Sequence record: NC_027399.1
Strand: one strand, 5' to 3'
Length of the DNA stretch: 64,000 nucleotides
Below are positions 30,120-40,419 of this stretch, piece by piece. Both the position numbers and the translations under genes were made by a program. The first letter of the stretch is position 1. Every line of letters begins with the position of its first letter. The notes below the pieces were generated by a model that saw only the letters and a program-made list of their open reading frames with translations, was not told the origin of the DNA and did not search any database.

Positions 30120-31106
30120 ATGTTAAATGAATTCAAAAATGGTGTGACCGTGCCAAATGGGTATGTTTACACCAGTAAAACAGGTGCACGTTATGTTTTT
30201 CTGGAGTGTATGTGGTTTAATGAAAGTAATATGATGCTTGTTGATCCTCAAAAATATGGTAATATGTATTTGAGTGCAGTTGCACAGATCAATGAATACA
30301 ATTCATCTTCTAATGAATACAAAATTGGTAATACATATAACAAAGATAACAAAACTTGTGTTTTTCTTGGTGAATCACGATTTATTACTGAAAATGGTAT
30401 TATCATCAACGAAGATGATGAAAATACCATTCAGGTACCAAATGGTATCAGAATCACATCAAAGAATGGTAATGTTTACCAGAAAAAAGATGGTACATGG
30501 TTTGACATTAAAACCAAAAAAGCACTGAATAGTTCAGCAGCACAAAGTGTAGAACGTAGTGCACAAAAAATGATTCAAACCCATAATTCAAATGAAGATA
30601 ACATAAAAATTGGTAGTACTGTTACTTCTAAATCAAACAAAACCTATACTTATCTTGGTGGTGATCGTTTTATGGATGCTGATGGTAGATTATTACCAAA
30701 AAGTACTGCACAATCTTTAATTCAAAAACACAAAGATGAAAAAAGTTCTGGGAAAGCAGAAGATGAACAGGAATCTGGCTCATCCGATGATACCAGTACT
30801 GATACATCTACAACCACAGACACAAATACCACTGATAATACAAATAGTTCAGGTGATACTTCTGGTGGTACTGGTGATACAGATAATCAAAGTTCTGGTG
30901 GTACTGGTGATACAGATAATCAAAGTTCTGATAATCCAATGCAAGAACTTGCTAATAAAATTAATGCATCTCCATATGCACGTAAAATTAAAGTTCTATT
31001 AACTCGTGCTGATAAAGTATCTTTGTTAGCCGCTGATATTTTTCTTAGTGGGAAACGAGAAGAAGTTACACAATTTATCAAATCATTAAATAATAATAAT
31101 GAATAA
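30120..31106 (+). CDS. putative virion protein with three internal repeats and a Thr/Ser/Asp/Gly linker
   Basis: YTSKTGARY / ITSKNGNVY / VTSKSNKTY modules. Confidence 0.75.
   Translation: MLNEFKNGVTVPNGYVYTSKTGARYVFLECMWFNESNMMLVDPQKYGNMYLSAVAQINEYNSSSNEYKIGNTYNKDNKTCVFLGESRFITENGIIINEDDENTIQVPNGIRITSKNGNVYQKKDGTWFDIKTKKALNSSAAQSVERSAQKMIQTHNSNEDNIKIGSTVTSKSNKTYTYLGGDRFMDADGRLLPKSTAQSLIQKHKDEKSSGKAEDEQESGSSDDTSTDTSTTTDTNTTDNTNSSGDTSGGTGDTDNQSSGGTGDTDNQSSDNPMQELANKINASPYARKIKVLLTRADKVSLLAADIFLSGKREEVTQFIKSLNNNNE
30861..30930 (+). repeat. 33-bp tandem repeat x2 (SGGTGDTDNQS)
   Basis: TCTGGTGGTACTGGTGATACAGATAATCAAAGT at 30861 and 30894. Confidence 0.9.
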
Positions 31107-31124
31107 TTAAAAGGATTTATTGAA

Positions 31125-32039
31125 ATGTCTAAAAAAATTAACGAAGCACAAGTTAAGATTGATATCATGAACTTAAATAGTTCAGATCTATCAACACTTG
31201 CTCGAATGATGGAACTTGCTGGACAAGCCGAACAAGGTGCAGTGCAAAGTACATCTAGTTCTATTGGTGTACCAGGTAGTATTGCAGGTGCAGTCGATTC
31301 TATGGGTAATACTGAACCATCTGAAGTTGAAGTAGGTTATGATGTTGATTCTGAACCAGATGTAAGTTCTTCTCTGGAAGTTGGATCTGAACCAGATGTT
31401 GATCCATTACAAAGTTCAATTGAAGAACTTGGTGGTATGACTGATTTTGGTGCACAAGATGATGAACTAACTGATATCGACGTGGTAGAATCAGAAGAAA
31501 TTGAAGACGAAGATGCTATGATTGAAGAAGAGTTAAAACGTATGACTCATTTATCTGGTATTGTCACTGAAGATGAAGATGTTGAAGTCGATTCCGATGA
31601 TGATGATGACAAAGATGAATCAGATGATGATGTAGATCTAGATGAATCTCGCATTATTCCAGATCTAAGTCTAGAAGAAGATACCAGTGATGTTACTGAG
31701 TATGGTCCTTTTGATTCTGAACAAGATGCTATCCGTGATGCAAAATGGAAGACTAATGGAGAACTGGGTGATAACTTCAACGTAGATCAAAAAGAAGATG
31801 GTCATTTCTACTGGAGTCGTGTGATGCAAGAACAAGCGTTTAGTACTGAAGCAGATCCTGAATTAGTAGATACAGATGGTATTCAGTATTCACGTCACCG
31901 TATGAAACCAAAATTTAATGGTGCTGCTCTCGGTGATAACCCACTTCGTGAAGAAGAGCAAGAAGACGAAGAAACCGTTGATGATATCTTTGAAAGTCTA
32001 CAAAAACGCTACACTGCTTTTGTTGGAGGTAAAAAATAA
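31125..32039 (+). CDS. highly acidic protein (scaffold/internal-protein-like)
   Basis: Asp/Glu-rich, in head gene block. Confidence 0.7.
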   Translation: MSKKINEAQVKIDIMNLNSSDLSTLARMMELAGQAEQGAVQSTSSSIGVPGSIAGAVDSMGNTEPSEVEVGYDVDSEPDVSSSLEVGSEPDVDPLQSSIEELGGMTDFGAQDDELTDIDVVESEEIEDEDAMIEEELKRMTHLSGIVTEDEDVEVDSDDDDDKDESDDDVDLDESRIIPDLSLEEDTSDVTEYGPFDSEQDAIRDAKWKTNGELGDNFNVDQKEDGHFYWSRVMQEQAFSTEADPELVDTDGIQYSRHRMKPKFNGAALGDNPLREEEQEDEETVDDIFESLQKRYTAFVGGKK

Positions 32040-32443
32040 TGTTTGATTATCGTAAACTAATGGAAGCACTTGATGCTATTGAAAATGGTGAAGACGTGCA
32101 ACAGGACAGTGCTCCAGCAGCAAAAGAGGATGTGGTGGGGCATCTCAAGGATATCACCAATTCAATTATCGACATTCTTGATAAACTACAAAGTGGTGAT
32201 GCCGATATGAATGAGGTTTGTAAAGATTTGCAAAAAACTAGTGACATTCTGTCAGCATTGGCATATAATGATTCTACTGATTCATATGAAGAATCTGATA
32301 CAACTGATGATACCAGTACTGATGAAGTAACAGAAGATGTTGGTGTCGATGGTTATGAACCAACAGTGGATAATCAAGAACACCGTTCTTATAAAGAGAA
32401 AAGTGCACCATCATATAGTTCTCGCCAAGGCTTTACTGGTTAA
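32039..32443 (+). CDS. acidic hypothetical virion protein
   Basis: GGAGG RBS, TAATG overlap. Confidence 0.75.
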   Translation: MFDYRKLMEALDAIENGEDVQQDSAPAAKEDVVGHLKDITNSIIDILDKLQSGDADMNEVCKDLQKTSDILSALAYNDSTDSYEESDTTDDTSTDEVTEDVGVDGYEPTVDNQEHRSYKEKSAPSYSSRQGFTG

Positions 32444-32455
32444 GTGATATGATGT

Positions 32456-32833
32456 ATGATGCCACGAGTTACCGACAGTACAAATTATCAGCTTGATGTA
32501 CTTAATAAAGTTAAAGATGTTCATGAGTTAGAAGCTGATATCACTGATAGAATGCTACTAAGAAGCATATTTAACAATTACAGAAGTGGTGCTGGGTTAA
32601 GATTAAGCAAGTTTGGATATGAAATTTGTACAGAAAATAATCTTTACGAATTTACAAAAATCCCCTTGCAACGAGAAATAAAAAGCTCTATAATCTTTAC
32701 TGCGTTGGACAGAATATGTGTTAGTCCTTATTACTCTGATGGATGTTACATTTATTTGTCTGATGGTATGGTAGTTACTGAATTGACTTTTTGCTGTGAT
32801 GATTTTAAAATACTTTTTGAAATGCACATGTAA
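32456..32833 (+). CDS. hypothetical protein
   Basis: 125-aa ORF. Confidence 0.7.
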   Translation: MMPRVTDSTNYQLDVLNKVKDVHELEADITDRMLLRSIFNNYRSGAGLRLSKFGYEICTENNLYEFTKIPLQREIKSSIIFTALDRICVSPYYSDGCYIYLSDGMVVTELTFCCDDFKILFEMHM

Positions 32834-32864
32834 AAAACACTTCGAAAAAAAATTAAAAAAATGT

Positions 32865-32892
32865 TTGACAAAGCTGATTAATGTGATATAAT
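32865..32892 (+). promoter_or_regulatory. sigma70 early promoter
   Basis: TTGACA-N16-TATAAT with extended TG. Confidence 0.75.
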
Positions 32893-33104
32893 GCTCAGCA
32901 TAAAGACAAACAACATCAACGAATTTAATGATTGAATAGTTGATGAAATGTCATCATAATTAATGATGTACATTTTAAGTACCAAGGATGAATTACTAAG
33001 TTAGGACTGCTAAGTTAAAAATAAAAACTTTCAGTCCTTTACTTTTGCTTACGGAAAAGCTATCATATAAACGTAACGATTTCTTAAACCAAAAGGAAAA
33101 TACA

Positions 33105-34439
33105 ATGTCTAAAGCTGATCAAAACGATATCCTGAACGTAACTCTGACCCCAAAGAAAGCAAAAATGGCAATTGCTATTGCTGATAAAATCCAAGATTCT
33201 CTGATGATTTGGGGTTCCCCTGGTATCGGTAAATCTGCTATCGCACGTCAGTACGCTGATGAACAGTACCCGCTGCGTAAGGATAATGTTGGTAAACTCG
33301 AATTCATGCGTCAACAAGTTGAAGTTGCCGATGATTCCGAAAAAGCACAACTGCAACGCGAACTGGAAGCATTTGAAGCCAAACTGATTGACCAGGATTC
33401 AAACTTCATCGACTTCCGCCTGTCGCAAATTGAACCATCTGATCTCCGTGGTATTCCAGTACCAGAGAAAGTATATAAAGATGATAAAGGTAATATTCTG
33501 GCTGAATCTGACCTGGATCAAGTTAATAACTACATCGCAGAAACTGCTGTTGTGTGGGCTGCACCAAAAGTACTGAAACTTCCAGAAGACTGGAAAGGTG
33601 TTATCCTGTTTGATGAGATTAACTCTGCTATGCCAATTGTACAGGCTGCGTCTTATCAGCTAATTCTCGACCGCTGTGTTGGCGAAATGAAACTGCCGAA
33701 GACCGCTATGGTACTTGCAGCAGGGAACCGCGAAACTGATGGTGGTGTAACATTCGCACTGGCGACCCCACTGCGTGACCGTATGACCCATATTGAGATG
33801 GTACCATATCATCAGGATTGGATTGACGATTACGCAATTAGTAAGCGTGTTAACCCAGCAACCGTTGCGTTTATCAATAACACTGGTGCTAAGTACTTTA
33901 ACACACTGTCACCAAATGATCCGTCTCATAGCGGTGGTACCTCTCCACGTTCATGGGAAACCGTAGCTCGCTACGAAGATCTGAAAAAACAGGGTGCGAT
34001 TGATAAAGAAGTTTTCCGTGCACTGATTGCTGGTCGTGTTGGTGATGGTATTGCAACCGAGTACATCGAATATGTCGAAAACGTATCTAAACTACCAGAT
34101 ACCATGGCTATTCTGAATGGTGAGATTACCGAAATGGACTCTTCACTGGATATTTCAGCGAACTACTTTGTTTCACTGAACCTGGTGTATAAGATCATCG
34201 ATCTGTACTCAGAAAAACAGGCTAAACGCCTATCTGACAAAGAGTGGGGTCGTCTGGTGAACAATTTCATCCTGTTCCTGGATCACAACTTCAGTAACTG
34301 TCAAGATGAACTGTCTGTAATGGCGATTCGTACAATCACCAAAGCAAACGTCACTGTGAAATTTGCTGATGCTCCAGCGTTCCGTGACTTTGTTAAGAAG
34401 TATGAACAACTGGTTCGTGCAGCACGCTCTCTTGGTTAA
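33105..34439 (+). CDS. MoxR-type AAA+ ATPase
   Basis: GSPGIGKS Walker A, ILFDEINSA Walker B, AAGNR, LRDR; ATG 33105 after AAGGA. Confidence 0.85.
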   Translation: MSKADQNDILNVTLTPKKAKMAIAIADKIQDSLMIWGSPGIGKSAIARQYADEQYPLRKDNVGKLEFMRQQVEVADDSEKAQLQRELEAFEAKLIDQDSNFIDFRLSQIEPSDLRGIPVPEKVYKDDKGNILAESDLDQVNNYIAETAVVWAAPKVLKLPEDWKGVILFDEINSAMPIVQAASYQLILDRCVGEMKLPKTAMVLAAGNRETDGGVTFALATPLRDRMTHIEMVPYHQDWIDDYAISKRVNPATVAFINNTGAKYFNTLSPNDPSHSGGTSPRSWETVARYEDLKKQGAIDKEVFRALIAGRVGDGIATEYIEYVENVSKLPDTMAILNGEITEMDSSLDISANYFVSLNLVYKIIDLYSEKQAKRLSDKEWGRLVNNFILFLDHNFSNCQDELSVMAIRTITKANVTVKFADAPAFRDFVKKYEQLVRAARSLG

Positions 34440-34466
34440 TAAAAAGTTGAAATAGTACTTTACAAT

Positions 34467-34496
34467 AAGGATACCATTTGGTATCCTTATTTTTAT
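34467..34496 (+). terminator. intrinsic terminator
   Basis: AAGGATACC-attt-GGTATCCTT + ATTTTT. Confidence 0.7.
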
Positions 34497-34532
34497 CAAG
34501 AGGAAAGTGTTTTAATATACAAAGGGGTAATT

Positions 34533-35918
34533 ATGTCTGATTTTAAATTTGAAGAACCGAGTGTAGAATTGCAACGAGAGTGTCAGAACCGTATGATCAT
34601 TGCTCGTACTGCACTGATGTTGACTCATCCGTTTTTCGGTGTTCTTGCATCCCGCCTTCGTCCGGTAGCCAATAATACATGGTGCCGCACTATGGCTGTT
34701 GATGGTAAACATCTTTTCTATAACGTTGAATTCGTTATGGGTGTTCAAGATCCAGCAAAAAAAGATATGTACAAAGAAGCAATTCGTGAAAAACTACCAG
34801 ATGTTACAGAAGAGCAACTGGAAGCAATGACGAATGGACTAACGAATGAAAACATCATTGCAGTTATTTGTCATGAAATTCTGCACTGTGCATATGATCA
34901 TTTCCTGCGTCGAGGTATGCGTGATCCAAGACGTTTTAACCGTGCTGCTGACTATGCAATCAACCAAATCATTGATCGTGATGGTATTGGTAAACTACCT
35001 GATGGTTGTCTGCTGGATAAGAAGTTTGAAAACATGACCGCTGAAGAAATCTATCTTCTACTGGAAGAAGAAGAGCAGCAGGGGCAAGGTCAACAACAAA
35101 AACAGCAGGGTGGTTCAGGGGATGGTCAGGGTCAATCCAGGGGTACTATGGGTGATTTGGCTAATGGTAGTCCAAAGGGTTCTACTATTGACCAGCACGA
35201 CGTACCACAAGATGGTGAGAATGGTTCTGATGAAGAAACTCGTAAAGGTTATATGGATGATTTCAAACAAGCAATGATGAATGCTGCTCGTGCTGGTGGT
35301 ACACCCGCTGAAATCGCTCGTATGATTAAGAACTTCAAAGAACCAAAAATTGACTGGCGTTCTAAACTACAGCGTACTCTGCGTAGCTGGCTGAAATCCG
35401 ATGCTACTTATCAGACTCCTTCTCGTCGTTCGTGGAGTACTGGTTTTGGTGCCAAGGGTTCATTCTATGGTTCTCCTATCTATCCGGGTATGAAACCAGA
35501 TGAAGATATTGATATCGCAATTGCACTAGATGCATCCGGTTCAATTTCTGAAGATATGCTACGTGATTTCATCGGGGAAGTACTTGGTATTACCAAACAG
35601 TTTAAACAATTCAAAATTCGTATCATGACTTTTGATACCCAAGTTTATACGGTTAAAGACTATAAAACTGGAGAAGAGAAAAAAATTCTTGAATATCCAA
35701 TTTATGGTGGTGGTGGTACTGATTTCGATGCAGTTTGGGAACATATGAAACAAGACAATTATGTTCCTAAACAACTGATCATGTTTACCGATGGTGAACC
35801 ATGGCAATCATGGGGTGATCCAAACTATTGCAAAACTCTGTTTGTGATTCATAGTAATCCTAACAAAGAAGCACCATTTGGTGAAACAGTACATTACGAG
35901 TACGAGAAAAAACGTTAA
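34533..35918 (+). CDS. DUF2201-like metallopeptidase-vWA protein
   Basis: HEILH (HExxH), Q/G-rich linker, vWA MIDAS DASGS, GGGGTDF, MFTDG. Confidence 0.85.
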   Translation: MSDFKFEEPSVELQRECQNRMIIARTALMLTHPFFGVLASRLRPVANNTWCRTMAVDGKHLFYNVEFVMGVQDPAKKDMYKEAIREKLPDVTEEQLEAMTNGLTNENIIAVICHEILHCAYDHFLRRGMRDPRRFNRAADYAINQIIDRDGIGKLPDGCLLDKKFENMTAEEIYLLLEEEEQQGQGQQQKQQGGSGDGQGQSRGTMGDLANGSPKGSTIDQHDVPQDGENGSDEETRKGYMDDFKQAMMNAARAGGTPAEIARMIKNFKEPKIDWRSKLQRTLRSWLKSDATYQTPSRRSWSTGFGAKGSFYGSPIYPGMKPDEDIDIAIALDASGSISEDMLRDFIGEVLGITKQFKQFKIRIMTFDTQVYTVKDYKTGEEKKILEYPIYGGGGTDFDAVWEHMKQDNYVPKQLIMFTDGEPWQSWGDPNYCKTLFVIHSNPNKEAPFGETVHYEYEKKR

Positions 35919-35923
35919 TAAAC

Positions 35924-35989
35924 AAAAAGACGGACTTTTTAATGTCCGTCTTTGTTTTTTTTGAACAAAATAAATATTCCTGATATAAT
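35924..35989 (+). promoter_or_regulatory. terminator directly followed by sigma70 promoter
   Basis: AAAGACGGAC...GTCCGTCTTT + T tract; TTGAAC(35961)-N17-TATAAT(35984-35989) with extended TG. Confidence 0.7.
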
Positions 35990-36025
35990 TATTATGGAAA
36001 ATCACATTTACAAGGAAAGTGTATT

Positions 36026-36247
36026 ATGGAAAATGAAAATGTCCAACTTGAACTAGTTGATCTAATCAATGCAGCAAAAATTATGGAACACGCAATTAAA
36101 CTAAATGTCTTCACCGTAGAAGAACTGGTTTCTGTTGCTCCAGTAGTATCTAAATTTATCAAATTCGCTAATAATGCATTACAAGACTCTCAGAACCAGG
36201 ATTCTGAAAATTCAGAAACCACAGAAAGTGGTGACGTAAATGAGTAA
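36026..36247 (+). CDS. small acidic hypothetical protein
   Basis: AAGGA RBS. Confidence 0.75.
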   Translation: MENENVQLELVDLINAAKIMEHAIKLNVFTVEELVSVAPVVSKFIKFANNALQDSQNQDSENSETTESGDVNE

Positions 36248-36890
36248 TGTAGTACGTCATAAAGGCGTGATGCGAAATACTGGTTCACGTGTGTTCGTTG
36301 TTTTTCGTGAACTACCGGGTGAACCAGAATATTGTCTGGTTGTATTTCAAGATTCTCTACCAGAAGTATATACTTGGGCCGTTCGTGATCTAGTTTCAGG
36401 CCCAGGACAAAATAGTACTGAATTACATGAAATCATGAATGCAGTTGGTGTTCTTGATGGTCGTAAAATGCTGAATGTATTACATGAAGGTAAGTACTTA
36501 CGTAAAGTTCGTACTGCTGATGTGGACATGCATACTGGCGGAAATAACATTATTCCTCTTAATGTTCTTAATGAACGATTCAGTGCTAATCTTACCGAAG
36601 AATCAAAAATCAAAGATTACAACCCCTTTAATCCTGAAATGCAGGATACCAAAATCGAGGAAATGACTATTGTTTCTGAACTGATTAAAGAAGCTCAGAA
36701 ATATGAAAAACTTTCTAAAGATTACTACGAGCGTCTTTATAACCTTGAACCTTCTATGCGTCCACAGGGTGAAGTTAAAGAAAGTGAAGGTTTCTTTAGT
36801 ATCGAATTTCCTAACGATATTTCACAAACTAAAGCAATTGAAAAACTGAAAAAAGTATTCTTGGAGCGTAAAAATAATGCCAACGATTAG
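36240..36890 (+). CDS. hypothetical protein
   Basis: 216-aa ORF, coupled to upstream gene. Confidence 0.75.
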   Translation: MSNVVRHKGVMRNTGSRVFVVFRELPGEPEYCLVVFQDSLPEVYTWAVRDLVSGPGQNSTELHEIMNAVGVLDGRKMLNVLHEGKYLRKVRTADVDMHTGGNNIIPLNVLNERFSANLTEESKIKDYNPFNPEMQDTKIEEMTIVSELIKEAQKYEKLSKDYYERLYNLEPSMRPQGEVKESEGFFSIEFPNDISQTKAIEKLKKVFLERKNNAND

Positions 36891-37182
36891 TATAGAAGAA
36901 ATTATTCTTATGCTAAAAGAAGAAAGGCAAAAACAAATTCATAGTCCAAATACTTTAGGTGATACAAATAAAACAAAAAATGACTGGACTGCATTATGTG
37001 CTTACTATTTGTTTGAAGGAGCAAGTAGACCAGATAAACATGTATCATTTGATGAATTCAGAACATCATTGATTAAAGCAGGTGCTGTTATTATTGCAGC
37101 ACTTGAAACGAGTTTCGCTTTAGAAGATGAAAAACTAAAAGACTTGATGAATAAGCTTGAGAATAATCATGACGAAGAATGA
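36877..37182 (+). CDS. hypothetical protein
   Basis: GGAG RBS. Confidence 0.7.
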   Translation: MPTISIEEIILMLKEERQKQIHSPNTLGDTNKTKNDWTALCAYYLFEGASRPDKHVSFDEFRTSLIKAGAVIIAALETSFALEDEKLKDLMNKLENNHDEE

Positions 37183-37759
37183 ACTTGATTCTTGGATCAG
37201 GTGTCAGACTAATACATTTTATAGTGGCGGAGCAGCAGGTGCTGACCGCCTTTTTACTTTATATGCAATTGAAAACGGTTTTGAATGTATCAATTTCTCT
37301 TTCAGTAAACATGTACATTATGTATCAGAAGAAACTGTACTGAGAATACCAGCAGATATATTAGGTGACAATGAAATATATAATGAATTAGTTAGAGCAT
37401 CCAGAAATTTATCGAAGAAAGTCCCACAAAAAAATACATACGTATATAACTTATTAGCTCGCAATAGCTATCAAATATTCAATACTGAACGTATATATTG
37501 TATTTCTACTTTAGTTTCTCCTAATACAGTTAGTGGTGGTACATCATGGGCTGTACAAATGTTGATTAATAAAGAAGAACACCCAGAAATATATTTGTAC
37601 GACTATTATGATAAATGCGTATATTCATACGATTCAGTACTAAAACAATTCACTGAAGTATTTTTTGTTCCCACCCCTCATGGAAACTGGACTGGAATAG
37701 GGTCAAGAAATGCCGAACCAAAACATTTAGAACATTTTAAAACATTTTTCAAGGATTAA
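37169..37759 (+). CDS. SLOG/DprA-like Rossmannoid protein
   Basis: SGGAAGAD, RNSYQI, SGGTSWAV, GIGSR. Confidence 0.55.
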   Translation: MTKNELDSWIRCQTNTFYSGGAAGADRLFTLYAIENGFECINFSFSKHVHYVSEETVLRIPADILGDNEIYNELVRASRNLSKKVPQKNTYVYNLLARNSYQIFNTERIYCISTLVSPNTVSGGTSWAVQMLINKEEHPEIYLYDYYDKCVYSYDSVLKQFTEVFFVPTPHGNWTGIGSRNAEPKHLEHFKTFFKD

Positions 37760-37761
37760 AA

Positions 37762-38691
37762 ATGAAACAACTATTAGACTTATATGATAAAATCTTGAAA
37801 GAAGGAGTGAAAAGTACAGACCGAACTGGGGTTGGTACTATTAAACTCGTAGGTCAACAAATGCGATTTGATCTAAATGAAGGCTTTCCAGCCGTAACAA
37901 CTAAACGTCTTGCGTGGAAGGCGATGTTATCAGAACTACTGTGGTTCATTGAAGGTTCCCATGATGAACGTCGTTTGTGTGAAATTCTTCATGGTACTCG
38001 TGACTGGAGTAAAAAAACAATCTGGACAGATAATTATCTCAAACAAGGTGTAGATCTTGGATATAGTGACGGTAATCTTGGTCCAGTATATGGTAAACAA
38101 TGGCGAGATTGGGTAGATTATAAATTTAGTTCTGATCCAAATGAAATTCAATTATTAAAAGATAAAGGTTATAAAGTATTAGATTATACCGGCTCGCATG
38201 GTGTTGTAATGCGTCGCAGTACTGATCAACTCATGAAAGTTATTGATGGTCTAAAAAATGATCCATATGGACGCCGACATATTCTAAGTGCATGGAATGT
38301 TGGTGAGCTTGATGATATGGCTCTTCAACCATGTCATAGTTTTGTTCAATGGGTAGTTAGTGATAATAAACTAAGTTGTATTCTGACCCAACGCTCAGCA
38401 GATACATTCTTGGGAGTTCCACTGAATATCACATCATATTCAGTACTCACCCATATGATAGCACAAATTACTGGATTAGAAGTTGGTGAATTTATCTGGA
38501 ACGGTGGAGATTGTCATATTTACTTGAATCATATCGAACAAGTAAAAGAACAATTATCACGAGATACAAAAGAATTACCAAAATTGTGGATAGACCCAAC
38601 AGTTACAGATATTACAAAATTTACAATGGATTCTGTTAAATTGATTGGATATGATCCACACCCGGTAATCAAAGCACCAATGGCAGTATAA
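37762..38691 (+). CDS. thyA: thymidylate synthase
   Basis: DRTGVGT, LGPVYGKQWR, MALQPCH, QRSADTFLGVPLN, GDCHIYLNH. Confidence 0.97.
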   Translation: MKQLLDLYDKILKEGVKSTDRTGVGTIKLVGQQMRFDLNEGFPAVTTKRLAWKAMLSELLWFIEGSHDERRLCEILHGTRDWSKKTIWTDNYLKQGVDLGYSDGNLGPVYGKQWRDWVDYKFSSDPNEIQLLKDKGYKVLDYTGSHGVVMRRSTDQLMKVIDGLKNDPYGRRHILSAWNVGELDDMALQPCHSFVQWVVSDNKLSCILTQRSADTFLGVPLNITSYSVLTHMIAQITGLEVGEFIWNGGDCHIYLNHIEQVKEQLSRDTKELPKLWIDPTVTDITKFTMDSVKLIGYDPHPVIKAPMAV

Positions 38692-38694
38692 TAT

Positions 38695-38724
38695 AAAAGG
38701 GAGACATTAAGTCTCCCTTTTTTT
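38695..38724. terminator. bidirectional terminator
   Basis: AAAAGGGAGAC-attaa-GTCTCCCTTTT between convergent genes. Confidence 0.8.
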
Positions 38725-40255
38725 ATACACCTACAACACAACGACCGAGGAATCTCATATCAGGTTCCATCGGAACTTGTAGTTTTACTTTATCCAGTTC
38801 AATTGACATATTCTCTACTGCAACATTTTCATAAAACCCATTTGACATAAGTTCTTGTACCTGTACTGACTTTGGTTCATCTACGGTAATGACCAATTCA
38901 TAGTTGATACCATCACTTGAAGGTACCCATGAAGACATATCAGAAATGTTTATTGTTTCGGAACCACTGATGCGTTTCCATTTACCACTGATTTTTTGAA
39001 TTAATGTATTAAAGCTAGGAGAAAAAGCTAACATACCATTTTCACCTAAAGTATTATTGGATGCATCAATAAATGGTGGTCTAAACCCGATCTCTGTTAA
39101 TTTAGTTTCCCCATTATAGCCATCAACCGTCGGATTTTGTGGGAAAAATAAAATTTCAGTATTTTTCCAACGCTGAACTTCTTTCGATGAGGCAGTTGCA
39201 GAAAACTCACCAGTTACCGAACCCCTGTGATATAAACCAGTACTACTATCAGACCATTTACTTGGGTCAATTCCGGGGTTTTCAGTTGGATCATAGGTCT
39301 TGTTGTTAAATGTAATCGCTGGTTTATCAACAGTACCATATGTTGCTGCAAAACGTCCCTCAGCTTCTGAAATACCATCATCATACATTGCATCACCGGT
39401 TCTACGTAAACCATCTAAACCATATAAATCAAGTACGGATTGTACATCGGAAACTGATGTTGGGAATTGTCGTCCATATGAATTTACTAGTTTATTATCA
39501 AATGTAACACTTGTGGCTGCAATACGGGTAGCATATTGACGAAGACTTTGCCATTTAGTACCAGTACTGATGATCCAGTCACTATCACGTAAGCCTGGGT
39601 CATAACTAGCATTACCAACCTCGAATTGTTCTGTTAGATCTGGGTCTGATGTTAATGATATAAGACCTTCATGACCAGTAGTTGGGATTTGATCTACATT
39701 AAATCTTGCATAAGCAGAGGTAACTGATTTAGAACCATTACCATCTGTGGTAAAATAATATTTAATTTCCAACCAGTCACCCTCACCTGATGGGTTGGTT
39801 GGTGTGAATATAACTGGTGATGTTGAAGGATTTGTAGTACTCATGTGAGTAGTAGCTAGATCAACAATACCACGAGTTACGTAATAATGACCTGAATTGG
39901 TTGAGTCCGTTGGTGGTAGATTATCGTAAACCGAAATTTCTGATGGTGGATCTACATCATCGGTATTTGGATTAAAAGTACCTTTATATGTCATACCATT
40001 CAATAATGTATCTGGTAAATTTGCAATTGAAATTTTACCATTAGCATCTAATTGAACAAAACGTCGATATTCTACTGTATCATCTAATAATTGTAATGTA
40101 CCTTCAAAAGCTTCCCATTCACTATTATAACGAATCATTCCCGGACGTTTAATGTCATTTGGTGGATTTTTCAATAGTGCTTTTGGTAATTCCAAGAAGC
40201 CATTAGTACTATCGATAATAACACCAGAATCACCACGTATTCTATATATACTCAT
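38723..40255 (-). CDS. putative tail fibre/virion structural protein
   Basis: GMIRYN, YKGTFNP, GLRRTGDAM fibre-type motifs; TAAATA on - strand at 40291-40296. Confidence 0.65.
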   Translation of the reverse strand: MSIYRIRGDSGVIIDSTNGFLELPKALLKNPPNDIKRPGMIRYNSEWEAFEGTLQLLDDTVEYRRFVQLDANGKISIANLPDTLLNGMTYKGTFNPNTDDVDPPSEISVYDNLPPTDSTNSGHYYVTRGIVDLATTHMSTTNPSTSPVIFTPTNPSGEGDWLEIKYYFTTDGNGSKSVTSAYARFNVDQIPTTGHEGLISLTSDPDLTEQFEVGNASYDPGLRDSDWIISTGTKWQSLRQYATRIAATSVTFDNKLVNSYGRQFPTSVSDVQSVLDLYGLDGLRRTGDAMYDDGISEAEGRFAATYGTVDKPAITFNNKTYDPTENPGIDPSKWSDSSTGLYHRGSVTGEFSATASSKEVQRWKNTEILFFPQNPTVDGYNGETKLTEIGFRPPFIDASNNTLGENGMLAFSPSFNTLIQKISGKWKRISGSETINISDMSSWVPSSDGINYELVITVDEPKSVQVQELMSNGFYENVAVENMSIELDKVKLQVPMEPDMRFLGRCVVGV

Positions 40256-40419
40256 TTATATATTTCCTCAATAAGTAATATTGTATATGGTATTTATTTT
40301 TCGATAATAAAAAAAGTTATTCTTGGAATTATATGTTTACACACAAACTACGGTACTTTTTCCATGAAAAATATATTCTTTATTTTTAATAAATTATTAT
40401 ATCAAAATCTTGAACCGTA

